Below, piece by piece: positions 1 to 13,964 of a stretch of DNA of 64,000 bases. Source of the DNA: Lytechinus pictus (taxonomy: Eukaryota); assembly GCF_037042905.1 (NCBI RefSeq), contig NC_087252.1:9612001-9676000 (forward strand). Direction: 5' to 3'. The translations under genes and the position numbers were made by a program. Numbering within the stretch: position 1 is the first letter of the stretch; every line of letters begins with the position of its first letter. Under the pieces are notes generated by a model, which was given only the letters and a program-made list of their open reading frames with translations, was not told the origin of the DNA and made no database searches.

Positions 1-2630
1 TACAAAGAACCTTTCATATTTGCATTGTGTCAAATGAATACAGATCATAATTCAGGACTTTGAGAAGTTGCAAATAATTTGCTGACAGCAAAGTATCAGT
101 TAATTATTTGCAAATTACTCATCCTCTTTTTATTTAGTGTCAGATAGAAGAGTGGTATTAAAGTGTGATGTATTGGATACTGCGAAAGTGATCAAGTGCA
201 GGGCAAATATTTTTCAAAAAGCCTATATACATGCTTCGGCAATTAGCCATACTCGGTGATCTTCTCTTGCGTATTAGCATTATTGTATAATATGTCATTT
301 CGAACCAAATATGTAAGACTATTGAAAGCAAAGCTTTGAGATATTCACCAAGTTGTTATTTTTTTTTTAATAAAAAAACAAATATTTGTTTGGGAGGAGG
401 GGGGGGGGGGCGTTAAGGCGGTAACATTTGTTAAATTTAGAGCGGGGAGGGGATGGGACTTTCGCCACATTGTTAAAATAAAACATTGGGTACAATTTTA
501 ACCAGCATGATGGTAATGTGTCAAATCAATTTTGGGCAGTATTTTACCCAATGCGGGAAGCACATTGTCCAGTAAGGTTGAAAAGATAAGTAGCAATAAA
601 GGCACAATTTACATCACACTGGATAAATAAATGTTAAAATGCCCCAAAGAAATGCCTAATGTTGGTTGGACACAATTACTATAATACCCTCATGAAGCAT
701 TTTTTACCCAATATTTCTTAAAGTTTACATACGTACCACAAAGCATAGGCCTATCAAGCTTCCTTCAATTAAAGGCAATGGTGGTAATGGGCACCAAATT
801 AAAGGGGGTAAAAATTGGCGCGCGGGGCGAAATTTCTATTGAAAAGCTGCGAGAGAGAAGCGAGTAAGAAATGTTGATTTAGATTAATCTATTTTTTCTT
901 TAGAGTCTGATATGTTATTCAGACCATAATAAAACTTTTTTTTTCTTTTTAGCTTAGTTTCCTTTCTTCTCTCTCTCTCTCTCTCTCTTTATCTTGGTCG
1001 TGGAAACCTTTTGGGACCAATGCCCCTAAGCCCCATCTGCACGGCAGTGATCATATGCCTATGTCACACAGTTGCGACTCCTTAAAAAAGAGATGCTTTG
1101 ACAGCTTGACCAGGGTGCAGGGTTTTAAAAGGTTCCCCCAATGGTGTATTTTTTAAGAGAGAGGGATGCTACTGGTCACTACAGAGGAAAGGATCGGAGG
1201 GCTTCGGCATCCCCCACCAAAAATTCCACCACCCAGAAAAAAATGAAATTGGAAGGGTAAAAGTGTGTGAAATATTACATTATTTTAAGAATATTGGAAT
1301 ATATCATTAAAAAATTATTTTGAAATAAGTCATGTTTTAACCTCTTTAATTTGTATGTGTGTGTGTGTTGGGGGGGGGGGGGTGAGTTACCACATCACTG
1401 CTGGTTTTGTTGCTCTTGGTATGAAATTACATTTAAAAATAATACAGCAACACCACTATGTCATCAGTTCGTGTTTTAAATTAATGACGTATGGTATGAC
1501 CAATCGATCGAGATTCACCGGACACTCAAGGATAACATAATCTCCAACGACCCTGCTAATTTAAAAGCAACATTACTCTAGAAGATATGCTTGATCATAC
1601 TTGTGAAGACACGGATGCAATATTTATCTTCTTTGGCACCATGCAGGCCATTCTAATTGCTCCTTGAGACATCAACTTGGCGAAAAAAAGAACATCTCTC
1701 TGCGAATTCTAATTGAAGTTCATGCGTCGTGTCTCTTTTTGAGTGCAGAGCTAAGCTCATCTGTAATGAATCTCTCTACGATTACGTGTTCCTCGACGTA
1801 ATTCACCAATCATTGATAATCCAAGTAATATACATAAAGGTGAAGTTCCTACCTCAGCAATCAACGTCCATCTCGGTTACACTTGTTTTTGGGGCAACCT
1901 TATACATCAGAAGTGGCCGAGAGACTTTGCAATTTAAATTAAAAATGGAAATCCATCCTGATCACTTTATCTCCTGTAGGGCTGGTGTTGGTTTACTCCC
2001 TATAGAGCTCGCTGTGTCTTTAGTTCGTATCTTCTCCATTCATTCATTCGGATTAGGGTCTCCAGGTGAACTGTCCTAAAACAGTTGCTGGGTTAATTAA
2101 GCAGATATGGCAACTAAAAAAAAATCCCGATCGAACATCTTAAGTTTTTCCGTCGGATCGAAGAGCGTTGATGCTCTTTGACAACAACAACAATCCCGAC
2201 AGCATTTCATCGCCATTCAAACCCGTTGCCTACTAAAATCGGATTGTAAACGTATGAATTCTAAGAAAATTCTAGAATTAAGAAATTAAAGTGAGTCAAC
2301 GCATTGGAACCTTAATGGAGGAATCTGCTAACACTGCATCAGTTCACCATCTTGTTTGGACTCTTCATCATTTGCCAATAGCCTATATAGGCCATGGAAT
2401 GCCATAAATACCTTTTTTGGAAGAAAGAGACAAATGTCAAGATCATCACGAATATTGAAGGTATATTCACCTATTTTTTTACGCTTTAGACGTTGATAAA
2501 GTTTCTACAACTGCAGCAGCTAACCATTATGCCCTAATCTTTCACTTTTTATATCATTCGAGGCATTCAAAATTAATCAGAATTACTGTATACTTTTAAG
2601 TAAAAGGCGCATGACAGCTAGGACATCACC

Positions 2631-3196
2631 ATGTCATCCACTGCAAACATGACATTGCTAGAAGCCATGAATTCGAACCTCTCAATTGAAGAGGCTGTGG
2701 AGATGCATAATAGAGAGAAGTCAGTCCCCTTAAATTTCACGGTGATGATCCTTTGTTACACACAGATCATCTTGGCTACGATTTCGAACATAATCGCTCT
2801 TTACGCCCTGCGATGCGAGGACACCAGCCTCGACGAGATAACCCGCTTATTCTTCAAAGCCCTCACCATCGTCAACCTTGTCGTTGGAGTCGTCTACCCA
2901 TTCACCTACTCTTTCATCTCTCTCGACAGGGCAACCGATTTTACGCGCCCTGCGCAGCTTTATAACATCATCTGCAGATGGTTTCAGTCTTTCTTCACCG
3001 CCCCGCTGGTCCTGGCCCTGCTCATTGTAGTCTGTGTCAATCTTAACAAGTACTTGATGATATCAAGACCTCTGCGATATCACCAACTCGTCACACCTTC
3101 AAGGGCTAAGATTGCCATTGTATGTGCGGTGGCTACCGCCATTGGCTACTCGATGCTCTTCGCGTCGTTTCCTTCGTCACCGTATGCGCGATACAG
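2631..3196 (+). CDS. Rhodopsin-class (class A) orphan GPCR, coding exon 1 (N-terminus, TM1-TM4)
   Basis: ATG in good context (CACCATGT). N-glycosylation sequons NMT/NLS/NFT. TM1 'ATISNIIAL', TM2 'LTIVNLVVGVVYP', Cys at the top of TM3, and 'NKYLMISRPLRY' at the DRY/ICL2 position. Ends at donor TAC AG|GTAAGA (phase 2). Confidence 0.9.
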
Positions 3197-4105
3197 GTAA
3201 GAATGTTGATCTTTGACCATTTTGTCTATACTTTCCAACTGATTCAGAAGGCCGCTTTAAAAAAAAAACCAAATAAATTCTGGAATAGACTCCACTCAGA
3301 CCATCTACCAAAGGTGACGACCATGACGACATGGTATTCAGATAAGGGGGATTGAGGAAATGTGACATGAAGATGCTTTTAGTGTTGTGTCTCATTGAAA
3401 AAATGTTATCATATTATGATTGGTTTAGGAATTATACATTTGCTACATAGGGCCTGCAAGCTTTTTTAATAAGTTATTAAAGTGTTTTCTTCTCCCTCGG
3501 CTTATTTTAATTTCATTACTTTAAAAAAAAATCTTGTGCGCCACCACCTGCCCTTATAACGCCGTCCTGGAACAGGGGTGTTGGAATAAAAGGAATTGTA
3601 GATTAGTTTATCCTTTCCTGAAGACACAAAATCATTCTCTTGGAAAACAAAAATGAAAACGAAAATGAAATCACAAGAATGATAATGGTAGAAGAAGATT
3701 TACGTGTCTCCTTTTTATTTAAGTTTTGAGACTTCGTAAGTCTGATATAAAGTTTATCGTGAGGTAGAATATCGCCAAACATAAATGAAAACAAACTAAA
3801 ACGGAGTTGTAAACAGACAGCAAGAAGAATGTTAAAATACAAAACTGCACTTTACATTTTCATGGGCTGAAAAAAAAGATTGACTCACAGGCTGCGGTCC
3901 CTTTACAAATTCAGTTCAAATGTATCGCCTCATAGGTAAAAGCTTTGCATTTATTCTTTAAAATGACAGCCATGTAGAGCGGACAGGAAAATCGATAAAT
4001 CTTCGGGATAAAAAAAAGAGCTGAATAATCGTACTAGTTCTGCTTGTACGTTGTGAAATTAAACGGGGATGATTTTCTTTTACTAATAAATACAAAGGTG
4101 TTTAT

Positions 4106-4598
4106 CACTGGCGGATCCAAAGGGGGGGGGGGGGGGGCAAAGCCGGCCCGTGCCCCCCTTGAGAGGCACAATTAAAGTTTGTAATATAACTTTCTAAACT
4201 TTCAAAAGAAAACAAAAACATATAATTTTACCTATGCTTTGAGAGGTTAATTATTTGAATATGTATCGAATATGTTTTAGCGCTCAACATGAAAATTGTT
4301 AACTATGATTTTTCTACATTTTGTATTTATATTTCTTTATATATTTGATTTGTAACTTTCTCACTGTAATGATTCATATAAGTGTTTGTTTCTAAAATTG
4401 AGAATGATCCAATATGTGTGGATTTTGATCAATAAATTTTGAAACTTGTAAAAATGCTGTTAAAACAAAAATGTGCCTCCCCCCTAGAAAGTGAAGGCCT
4501 TCCTTAATTGTTGTTTAAAACCTTTCCTTTTGCTTGTACATTTTCCTCGGGAAAATGTGCGCCCCGCCCCCCTTTGGAAAATCCTGGATCCGTCCCTT
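4106..4598. mobile_element. hAT-like MITE in the GPCR intron
   Basis: Ends CACTGGCGGATCCA...TGGATCCGTCCCTT. Near-perfect 8-bp TSD GTGTTTAT/GTGTATAT. Confidence 0.7.
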
Positions 4599-5105
4599 GT
4601 GTATATAGTTCATTCTTTCATTAATTTCCAATACTGTCTTTTTCGGTGTTTACCTTTTGACATTGTAGCAGTGAAAATTTATGTGTGCGAGGTCCGTGAT
4701 ATTTTTTTAAATGTAAACATGAACATGGTGAGAAATATGCCTGTTTTAAGAATTAAATTAATTACTATACTAATTAAAGATACTTGGTGTGAGATGTGAT
4801 CTTTGTTAGAAACGGAAAGCGACTCAGACATTTACTTACTGTCACTTTTTTGTATATAAAACCAGTCAAGTCTATGTGCGAATGGCAGTTTTTGAATTTT
4901 GAAAATTGCTCTCTGAGATTTGTAAGTTACGTGTTTCAGGGCCTTCGGTAATTCCTGAGAATTAAAAAATAAATCAAATTGCGATAGCAGCATTTTTTGT
5001 TAGATTTGAGATTTTAAGAAGAATAATCAAATTTTAATGTTGGGGACTCTTTAAGACAATCTTTCACGTCAAAAAATTCTCTATTCATTCTTGTTGCATT
5101 TATAG

Positions 5106-6108
5106 GACAGCCATTTGTAATAAAGAAGATAGAAGTCTTTATCAAATCGGTAAGAGGTGGCTTCTCGTGGAAATAGCCATCCTCACACCTCTACTCATCT
5201 TGACCACTGCTCTCAATGTACGAATCTTGAGGATATCGCTCAAACTCACCAAACGACAGGTTGTCCCACGCCCTCTACGTTCGTCACCACTTATGAGGTC
5301 CGACACTCGGTCATCTTCAACTGCTACAGATTCTACTTTAGTAACATCTTCCTTATCCTCCTCGTCCATGACTTCATCCTACAACCGTTCTTATTCTCCT
5401 TCGTCTCCTTTCACGCCCTCTCCTCCCGACGCTTTTTCTTCTTCTCCTCCTCCTAATTCTAACACTTATTCATTTTCTCAACACTCCCCTTCACCTTTTG
5501 ATTGCCCTTCTTCCTCGCCGCTAATCAAGCCGGGCATTCCTGACGGAGATCAAAATCCGCTAACTTTCCAGTCTCACCCCACCCCTTGCCCACTTCAACC
5601 TCAACATTCCTCATCTCTTAAACACCCCTCAGATCCCAGATTTGGTCAGCATAATCTGACCAGAGTTCTTGGACCCCTTCTCCCGCGCATCCCTCCAAAG
5701 GCTACCCCCGATCCTTGCACCTCTCTCCCAGCTCCCGACATCATACTGATTGCCCCTCCGGGAGTCCCCTGCAAATCTCACTCTACATTGTCCGGTCGCC
5801 AAAGAAAAACCGACCACCATTCGAACCATGGATCATCTCGTTATCACATTAGGCGGAGCGATCGCAAAGCCATCAAGACCATCGCGATCATCACAGCTAC
5901 ATTCTATATCATTTGGGTGCCACTCATTGTCTACGACATCCTTAACTACTTACAGATCCGGATGAAATGCTTTGTGAGTGCAGTAAAGTTAATCTTAATG
6001 GCTAGTACGTGGTGGAATACTTTCCTTTACATTGGCACTGACAAGAACGTCAGAAACCATGTCCTTCGTTGTCTTATGAAGTTATTTAGATGCAAGAAGA
6101 ACAAATAA
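5106..6108 (+). CDS. GPCR coding exon 2 (ECL2, TM5, long ICL3, TM6, TM7, helix 8, stop)
   Basis: Acceptor ttgttgcatttatAG|G restores an AGG codon and is in frame with ORF 5167-6108. Gives ECL2 Cys 'TAICNK', TM5 'WLLVEIAILTPLLIL', TM6 'KAIKTIAIITATFYIIWVP' and TM7 'STWWNTFLY'. Spliced CDS is 1569 nt = 522 aa. Confidence 0.9.
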
Positions 6109-6679
6109 CTGCTCAAAAGTAATTCAACGTAGCTGACGAGATCGTTAAAATAATTTCACTGTATTTTTTTAAAATGTTAAAAATTTTCACTGTATTTTAA
6201 CGAGAACGTTAACAATTTTCACTGTATTTTTTTTGTCAGTGAGTGACGGAAGTTGTTTTAACGACCTGATTAGTCAGCATTACCAATTCAAATTTATGAA
6301 AAGGACAAATCAAATATATAGATTTTGGCATGATTGGGGAAAAAAAATAATGTTTCGGGCTTTGCTAAGTTGCGTATTTTGGGTAGAATATATACCATAC
6401 TAGTAATTGTTGTGGACTTGCTCCACTCTTTACACGTATTTTCAGAACAAGAATATCCTACTTCGTCATGTTCGTAGCGGAATCATGAATTCAAAGTCTT
6501 CATCCGTTCGTGAAATCTCCTTTACAATAGTCAAACTCAAGTGACGTGTTGCTTAGACGGCAAAAAGTTATGAATCATTAAAATGTTGCCAAAGAGTTGT
6601 ATATATTAGGTAGATGTGAAATGTTGGCTTCGCACATGGTTTCATCGTGATGGAAGAAATGATTTTTTAATGTTTCCAG

Positions 6680-6824
6680 GGCTCCGTAACACAAATGTTT
6701 GCGATGGATTGCAAATATGAAAGAACCGCACTGATTGGTTTCTTCAACCATATGCGCGGGAAACATTAATATTGATTGGTCAGTTCATTTAGCGATTGAT
6801 CGCAAATCTTTGTGTTACGGGGCC
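6680..6824. mobile_element. PIF/Harbinger-like MITE
   Basis: TIR GGCTCCGTAACACAAA...TTTGTGTTACGGGGCC with 3-bp TSD CAG. Relatives at 24638-24808, 55375-55531 and a partial copy near 14610-14733. Confidence 0.75.
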
Positions 6825-8070
6825 CAGAAGACCTACAAGAGTCCTATTTTTCAAACATGTCAAAAGCTCTTAATGATTTCCCTTTTCATGAAGAGAGATA
6901 TAAATATGCTATATGTTGATTGCCACCCCAAATCCTTTTTATAATGAGATTGTTTTCATTAAAACATGTTGCAATCTTCACATTAAGTTGCCAATTTGAG
7001 ATCACCTTAGGGATCTCATTTGGAAACATCCATACATTTTAAACAAATTCTTCCTGGTTCGATTCTCCCTAAAACTTTCAGTAATCTGCTTTCCTGATTG
7101 TGATTGTTTGTCTTTCTAAATAATTATTTTCTAAATCTAAAATTTAATCTTATTTCCCCCTTTTTCCATTGTACTTCTTCACAGTGATTTCATGAGGCAA
7201 ATTTAAAAAAAAGTTTGGAGTCGGTTATATAGGTGTGACTCTAAGATAAATGGTTTTGATTCACTCTACCAAGTAAAAAATAAAATCATGAAGAATATTT
7301 CATTGGATATACAAACATGATGTGTCACCGTTTGACTGTGATTGAAAGTATATTGACTAATACCACAGGCATACCGAGTGACAAATTAATTTATTTTAAT
7401 CTAAAAAGTGAAGAAAAAAAAATCATATACAGTGCACTACCTGCGACTTTATAATGCTCGGCTCGATCGCACATATCTGGCAATCAATGTTGTAATCTTT
7501 CAGGAACGTTCTTCGGTGAATATGATCACGTAAATAAAACTAATCTTTACGAAACACGTATCATTCTACTTCGCTTTCTTTTGAAGTCATTTTTAGACGC
7601 GATAGAGGAGAGAGAAAAATCCAATATTTCCCTAAGCAAAGAAAAAATTGGGGAGGGGGTCACCAATGCCCTTCTTGGAATGGTATTACTCCTTTTAAAG
7701 GGTCTTTGCAGCCACTTTGACAAAAGTGGCTGGGGGGGGGGGTGTGAATCTGATAGGCGTCACTAGTTTGCATCACCAACGGGACGGCGATTATTTTTTT
7801 ATAGCTGAAAAAGACGAAGAGTAAAACAAAACATGATACGGGTTCAGTGATTTTTTCTTTAAATATTATATTTATTGTTTTTAATATAAATATACAGGTA
7901 TGTTATTTAGAATAATATGAATAATCAAGCAACGATGAACATGTGGAATATTTCACAACGAATGTTTGGTACAGAAATACCAGCAAAGCCGACTCCAAAC
8001 CGAACGATGGTATAGCATTCTGAACAAGGTAATATCTTTGACCAGTCTGGGTTCCATAAATACTTGTTAT

Positions 8071-8407
8071 CAGGCGCGGATCCAGGGGGGGGGGGGGGCA
8101 CAGGGGACACGTGCCCCCCCCCCCTTTGAGAAGCAACATTCAAATTTGTAATGTAAAAATGCCATGAAAACAGAGGTGTGCCCCTTTTTTTAAAGTAAAG
8201 GCCTCCTTTTTTGTCAATTTTTTTCGGGTATGAAATACCCTTAATTAGTGGTTGAAAACCTTTCCCTTTTTTTGCTTGTAAATTTTTTTCGGGTACGAAA
8301 TACTCTTTATTTGTGATTGAATACCTTTTTTTTTTTGCTTGTCAAATATTTTTCCTTCGAAAAATTTGCCCCCCCCCACCTTTTGGAAAATCCTGGATCC
8401 GCCCCTG
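8071..8407. mobile_element. hAT-like MITE (same family as 4106-4598)
   Basis: TIR CAGGCGCGGATCCAGG...CCTGGATCCGCCCCTG. Perfect 8-bp TSD CTTGTTAT. Confidence 0.85.
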
Positions 8408-8694
8408 CTTGTTATAATAACAAATGGACAATTTCTATAACAAATTTACTATCAGCCAATCAGATTGAAGGATTTACGAAGCTTTTAACTGGTATTGCAA
8501 ATTTGTTATAATAACCATTTTTATGAAACCGGTCTCTGGATTTTGTTTCGTTGGTCCGACTGTGGCACTTGACGTCTTTACCATAATATTTTTAAACAAA
8601 TCTATCCCCGCATTTAAACTAGCTATTTTCTATATCAATATAGTACCATGTTTGGAGTTACCCTTTAAAAAACCAGGGTCGAATTTTATGTTGA

Positions 8695-9261
8695 AGGGAA
8701 GTGAAACCTTTGGAACAAGTAGGCTTGTGTCGAAACAGAAAAATCAAAGAAAGTTTGAGAAAAATCGGACAAATAATGAGAAAGTTATGAGCATTTGAAT
8801 ATGGCAATCACTAATGCTATGGAGATCCTCCCATTGGCAATGTGACAAGGATGTATGATGTCACATGTGAACAACTTTCCCTTTAATGGACGATAAAATA
8901 CCCCCAAAATGTCTCTTTTTGCAATCTTATGGTGATACAAGCTCTTTATCCATGATGTATTCTTTAAAAATCTGTATTACATGCCCTTCTATAGAAAGAA
9001 CACTTCGATCTACTGATAGATATGATAAAAGAGGCAGTTTAAGTGAAATATATACTCAGTAATGGGGAGAGTTGTTCACAAGTGACATCACACATCTTTG
9101 TCGCATTGCCATTGTGAGGATCTCCATAGCATTAGCGATCGCAATATTCAAAGCTCATAACTTTCTCATTATTTGTCCGATTTTTCTCAAACTTTCGTTG
9201 ATCTGTTTCTTTGATTTTCTGTTTTCACGCAAGCTGTCTTGGTCTAAAGGTTTCATTTTCT
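8695..9261. mobile_element. Kolobok-like MITE, diverged relative of 41211-41793
   Basis: Long imperfect TIRs (about 180 bp, including GAGAAAGTTATGAGCATTTGAATAT). Degenerate TTAA flanks. Confidence 0.7.
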
Positions 9262-9826
9262 TATAATACACAGTAACAAACAAGGTTATTGAAGCCTATT
9301 ACTCTAACAACAAACTGTTTAAACTTTTAAGAAATTGTGAAAAAATTGTACACGACGTTAAAACTTTAAACAACTTGTTAAATTTTTAAGATATTGTTAA
9401 AACATTTTAAAACAACTTTTTAAGATCTTTAAACAAGATGCTAAATTGTAATATATTGGTAAAGCTTTTAAAGCAAGTTTTGAAAAACGTTAAACAACTC
9501 GTTTCAAACCATAAATAATGGTTGTTAGAGTGACGGATTATAAATAATGGTTATTAGAGTGACGTCTCAAACTACGTGCTTGAATTTTTAAAGAGCGTTT
9601 TTTAAATAGTGTAATAAGTACAATACTTCACTCAGGAAAAAAATCAATGTGGGTACTATAAATTATTTATACAAGTCTGACTCGCACACACACAACGAGT
9701 GTCAGTGCGCCTTCATGCCAAAAAGAACACTGTAGATGATTTATAGTTTGGTGTTGACCTATTGGTGTTGGTGTTAGGTCAAGTTTATTATCAGCATAGC
9801 ACCAAATTTAAAAAGCAGCTGCTACA

Positions 9827-10024
9827 CACTCTTAAAATGCTGGGCAACATACTGTCCACACAACAATTGGTTACAAAAATTATCCAACTCTTGGTGGTTT
9901 TCAACTAATACCGTGTGATGTTCACCCAAAGCACACATTATTGGTTTAAAACTACCCAGAATTGGATAAAGTTTTAATCAATATTGTTGTGTAGACAGTA
10001 TGTTGCCCAACATTTTTAAGAGTG
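9827..10024. mobile_element. CACT-terminated (CMC/EnSpm-like) palindromic MITE
   Basis: TIR CACTCTTAAAATGCTGGGCAACATACTGTC with 2-bp TSD CA. Confidence 0.8.
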
Positions 10025-11142
10025 CAGGGATGGATTTCAATTGGTCATGAGATGTCAATATTGTGATCTGGATATTTTTTTAAAGACTCAGAATAGGTTT
10101 GGGAGCTCGGGGAAGCAATCTGAATTGTGATCCTATAACAAACACCAACACCGGACCGAATAATGTTTTCATAAGACCATTTTACTCCGATGAATTAGAA
10201 CATTTTTGTACACTGTCTTTCTAAGTTTGGTAGTCCTAAAATTATGTCATTTTAGTTTTGACACTGACACGTGCCTTGCATGGACAGCTAGTATATTTGC
10301 GGAACAACACTACATGAGGGAGGGTTACATAAAAGTCCCTCGCAGTGGTTTTCATGATACAAACTTATTCTCCGCCAATCAAAAGCACGGCTTCAATAAC
10401 TTCGAACATACTGACAGTGATATTCCTCATTATCAAGCTTATGACACGCTCCCCATGACATCAGCAAAGTGTTTCATTGGCATTTGTTGTCTGAAACTTT
10501 CCGTTTCTTTATTTGTTTATTTTTGTTTTATTTTATCTATTCACCAAATCACAAACATGATATTGATTCTGATTGGCTGAGAAGCACAATTACTATGGTA
10601 ACTGTTTGATATATCATACACGTTTAAACGATAAAAGTATAGCTGTCAGGTCCATCCCAAAAGCGCACCTAGAGTAGTACAAAAACGGCGGTGAAAGACA
10701 TGTCATAAATTCACACGCTCTGAAAGAATTAGATTCTACAATGCAGATTAAATGTTATGGCAACAAGGTGATAGGCCTATAAAGGAAAGTCACTCATACC
10801 TTTATTGATTTTGATAAAATGCAGAAAAAATTAGAAAAGGATAATGAAGGTGTATTAAAGGAATTTAGAATCGTGATTTAATATTTTTTCATGACGTCAC
10901 AAGCGAGAAGTGCCCCCATGCGTTCTCAAACCGTAGTTAAATTACATTTCTTTGTTTCTTATATCAGAATTGTGTAAGATTTACCCAGGATGTTCACAAA
11001 ACTGCTGAACAAGATAGGCATAGATTGACGTTTTAGTCCACCAAGACTGATTATTTATTATGATTTTTTTCTTCTTTTATTATTATTATTTTTCTTTACA
11101 TAGGAGTGCGTATGAAACGAAGCGGTGACTTTATTAAACACA

Positions 11143-11363
11143 GGAAGCGCGATAGCTCATTCGGTAGAGCGGGGTTTCGGAATCCGGTGACCCGGGTTCG
11201 ATTCCCACTCCGTGCGCTACTGTCCTTTGGTATGGCATTAATCCTCATTACCAGGTCCCTTGGAGATGACCTTAAGCTGTCGGTCTTCTGGTTGCTTGCT
11301 TACAAGCATTCACGCATTCTTAGCAATCAGGTAAAAAAAATGAATCACCACCAAATCACCAAA
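11143..11363 (+). mobile_element. tRNA-derived SINE
   Basis: A box TAGCTCATTCGG and B box GGTTCGATTCC, followed by a tRNA-unrelated body shared with the copy at 21837-21965. Confidence 0.85.
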
Positions 11364-12344
11364 TGTATAACCACTATCAACTTTGGGGGGGAAATGGCAA
11401 CATACGGAATTTACCAAATGATATCGCCTTTGGGTCCAAGCCAAAATATAACTCAAATCTTTGTACAATCATCCCTGGTTATTCCTTGGTCACAGTGAAT
11501 TTAACTATAGTATATGTTCACTCATTTGTTCCTCATTTGTATTCTTGAATAAAAACTATCTTTTCCCACCTTCGGGTTTACGTCAACTGTTGTTTCTACC
11601 CATGCTTATACCATGATATATCAATTAGTATATGTGTGCTAACATTGCTAGTAACCATGTCAACTGCATTGAATAAAACATCATCTTTCACTGCATAACT
11701 GTGATTTACAGAGATTGAAATTCATAATTGTTAAAGTGACTAGAATGTATAAAAAGAAATTACACATTGATTTGACAACGATCACGAACTACCTGCTGCA
11801 CGGAACAAAACTATGAGATGAGTGTAGCGGGGGTGGGAGGAGATGGCGGCCAAAAGACTGCTTCCTGATGGAAGGTAAATATGAATGAATTATTTCGAGT
11901 AGGTGTAATAATTGTATTACTTTTTTCTTCCTTTTAGAGCATTTTTAATCAATTGAACCACTGCATTGCTCTGAAATAGTGGGTAAAAGTGCTCCATGAG
12001 GGTAAGTATGTGTCCAACCAATATTAGGCATTTCGTTGGGGCATTTCTATTCATCCAGTGTGATGAAAACTTTGCCCATTCTAACGTAATTGCTGCTTAT
12101 TTCTTTAAAGCTTACTGGATAATATGCTTCCCGCATTGGGTAAAATACTGCCCAATATTGGTTATATATATATACACATATTTACCCTTCTGCTGGTTAA
12201 TATTTTGAAAACCGTTCCGTGACCCCTAAAATGGTTAAAATCAAATTGGTCTACATTTTGTAGAACACAATTCATAAATATATTTATCTCGAAAAAAATA
12301 AAATAAATGGGTTCGGTTCCAGCATGCATACATCGGGTAATATT

Positions 12345-12499
12345 ATATCTCAGTCATATTTGCTCTGCGACGCCGTACGGCGAGTCAAATGCAGCAGTTT
12401 TAAAATTCGTTTGTACCAGCTACATATAGGTGGTGTGAATAAAACGGCTGATTTCGACTCACCGTACGGCCGCCATAGAGCAAATGTGACTGAGGTATT
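12345..12499. mobile_element. Palindromic MITE (second copy at 63777-63959)
   Basis: TIR about CTCAGTCATATTTGCTCT...AGAGCAAATGTGACTGAG. Confidence 0.7.
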
Positions 12500-13366
12500 G
12501 CTCTAAATAAGAGCCTACTCTGAATATGTTATAGCACCAGTGTAGATTTTCAGACTTCTAAAGATACGATGTTTTACCACCTGCTAATAATTTGTTACAA
12601 CAATAATGATTATGAAAAGTGAATATACCATGCACCTTACAGTTTAATAGTAATGATAAAAAAACGAATGCATAATTTTGGTAAAGAACATAAAAATAGG
12701 TTATCAACAATCACATATCAAATCAAGTTGTAATAACGACATAAATAGGAACTTTGTGAAAGTTAAATATTGTACTCTGAGTAGTGCAAAGTTGCATCTT
12801 TTTGGGTGCAAACAAACATTTCTCTGTGCAACAATAACAAATAGGTACACTTTACACCACATTAGGGTGCAAAATTACACTCAAAAGCTACCGCCCCTTT
12901 CTAGTTACGGTGCAAACTTAAGCTTTCATAGCTTTCTAAGTTTAAATACTTTTCGAAATGATTGCACGTAATGGCAGTAAATATAGAGAAAGATAAACCT
13001 TAAGCAAAATGTAAGCAAAATATTGGCTATTTAATGTCAATGTGTTCGCATTTATATTCCGCCATCAACGTCTGACTTAATCTCAAATATCCAAAAATAC
13101 CTCTCCAAAGAACAACGCATTATGATGGCATTCATAACCTCGTCGAAATATGCAAAAACAAGATGAAAGTCTCATGTGATAAATGGAGAATAAAAACAGA
13201 ATTAGCATAATCGTTTCAAAACATTCAACAATAAAAAAATGTCATCAAATAGTACAGAAACATCGATCCAATATGATTCTCGTATATAATTTGTTTTCAT
13301 GAATTAGAAAATATGATTTATTTAGGCTAACCGACACACATTATATATTGCTGTAGTTTCATGTTG

Positions 13367-13964
13367 TCATAACTTCGTAACGGCAAGGGAAGGCCCATTA
13401 GGACCCAGTTCATAGTCTTTGCACACGTCACAGGCACTATATGAATCCGAACTACATGAGTGTTCTCCCTGATGTGACGTCATTCCACCATCAGTCGTGA
13501 CGTCACTTTGGACACTTTCTTGGTTCGTGACGACCCTCTTTCGTCTCCGCCCTCCTCCTTTTTCAACTACAAAAATTCCGCCGAATGCGTCTTCGCAATT
13601 TTCGTCTTCACAATCGTCCCCTTCGAATACGGGGTTGATCTCGCCGTAAGAAATGTCATGGTTGCTGTCACCGACCGACGTCGATGATGATGGTTTCCTC
13701 GGTGAGGGTGTCATACGATGAGGATGAACGAAAACCCGGATTTGCGATGTCTCTCTACCGTCTGTTATGAGAGCTTTGTTGTAATCGCGATCATCCTTGT
13801 CGATCGATAACCCATTATCCTCGTACAGGGTATCGTTGAACCTGTGTTGTTGAATGAAAGGCGAATGGCCTCCGTTTCTGTGAACTGTGACCTTTGGGGT
13901 CATCGAAACGTTTTCATGGAAGTCCGATGACCTGGTGCTGTTCTGCAAGATTGATTTACGCGAT
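13367..13964 (-). CDS. Terminal coding exon of an unidentified membrane protein (probable disordered cytoplasmic tail)
   Basis: About 199-codon open frame with GC higher than its flanks. Strong acceptor ttttttcctttttgtctcatAG|A (phase 2) matches the donor of the exon at 18891-19113. Ends in TGA. Confidence 0.7.

Noticed and set aside
1729..2079. 116-aa ORF upstream of the GPCR
   Set aside because: GTG start, no recognisable motifs and no supported splice link. It is more likely promoter or 5' UTR sequence.
11143..11220. Possible tRNA gene (TCG at the anticodon position); also 21890-21965 and 63200-63273
   Set aside because: The acceptor stem is not convincing and the sequence continues into a SINE body shared between copies.
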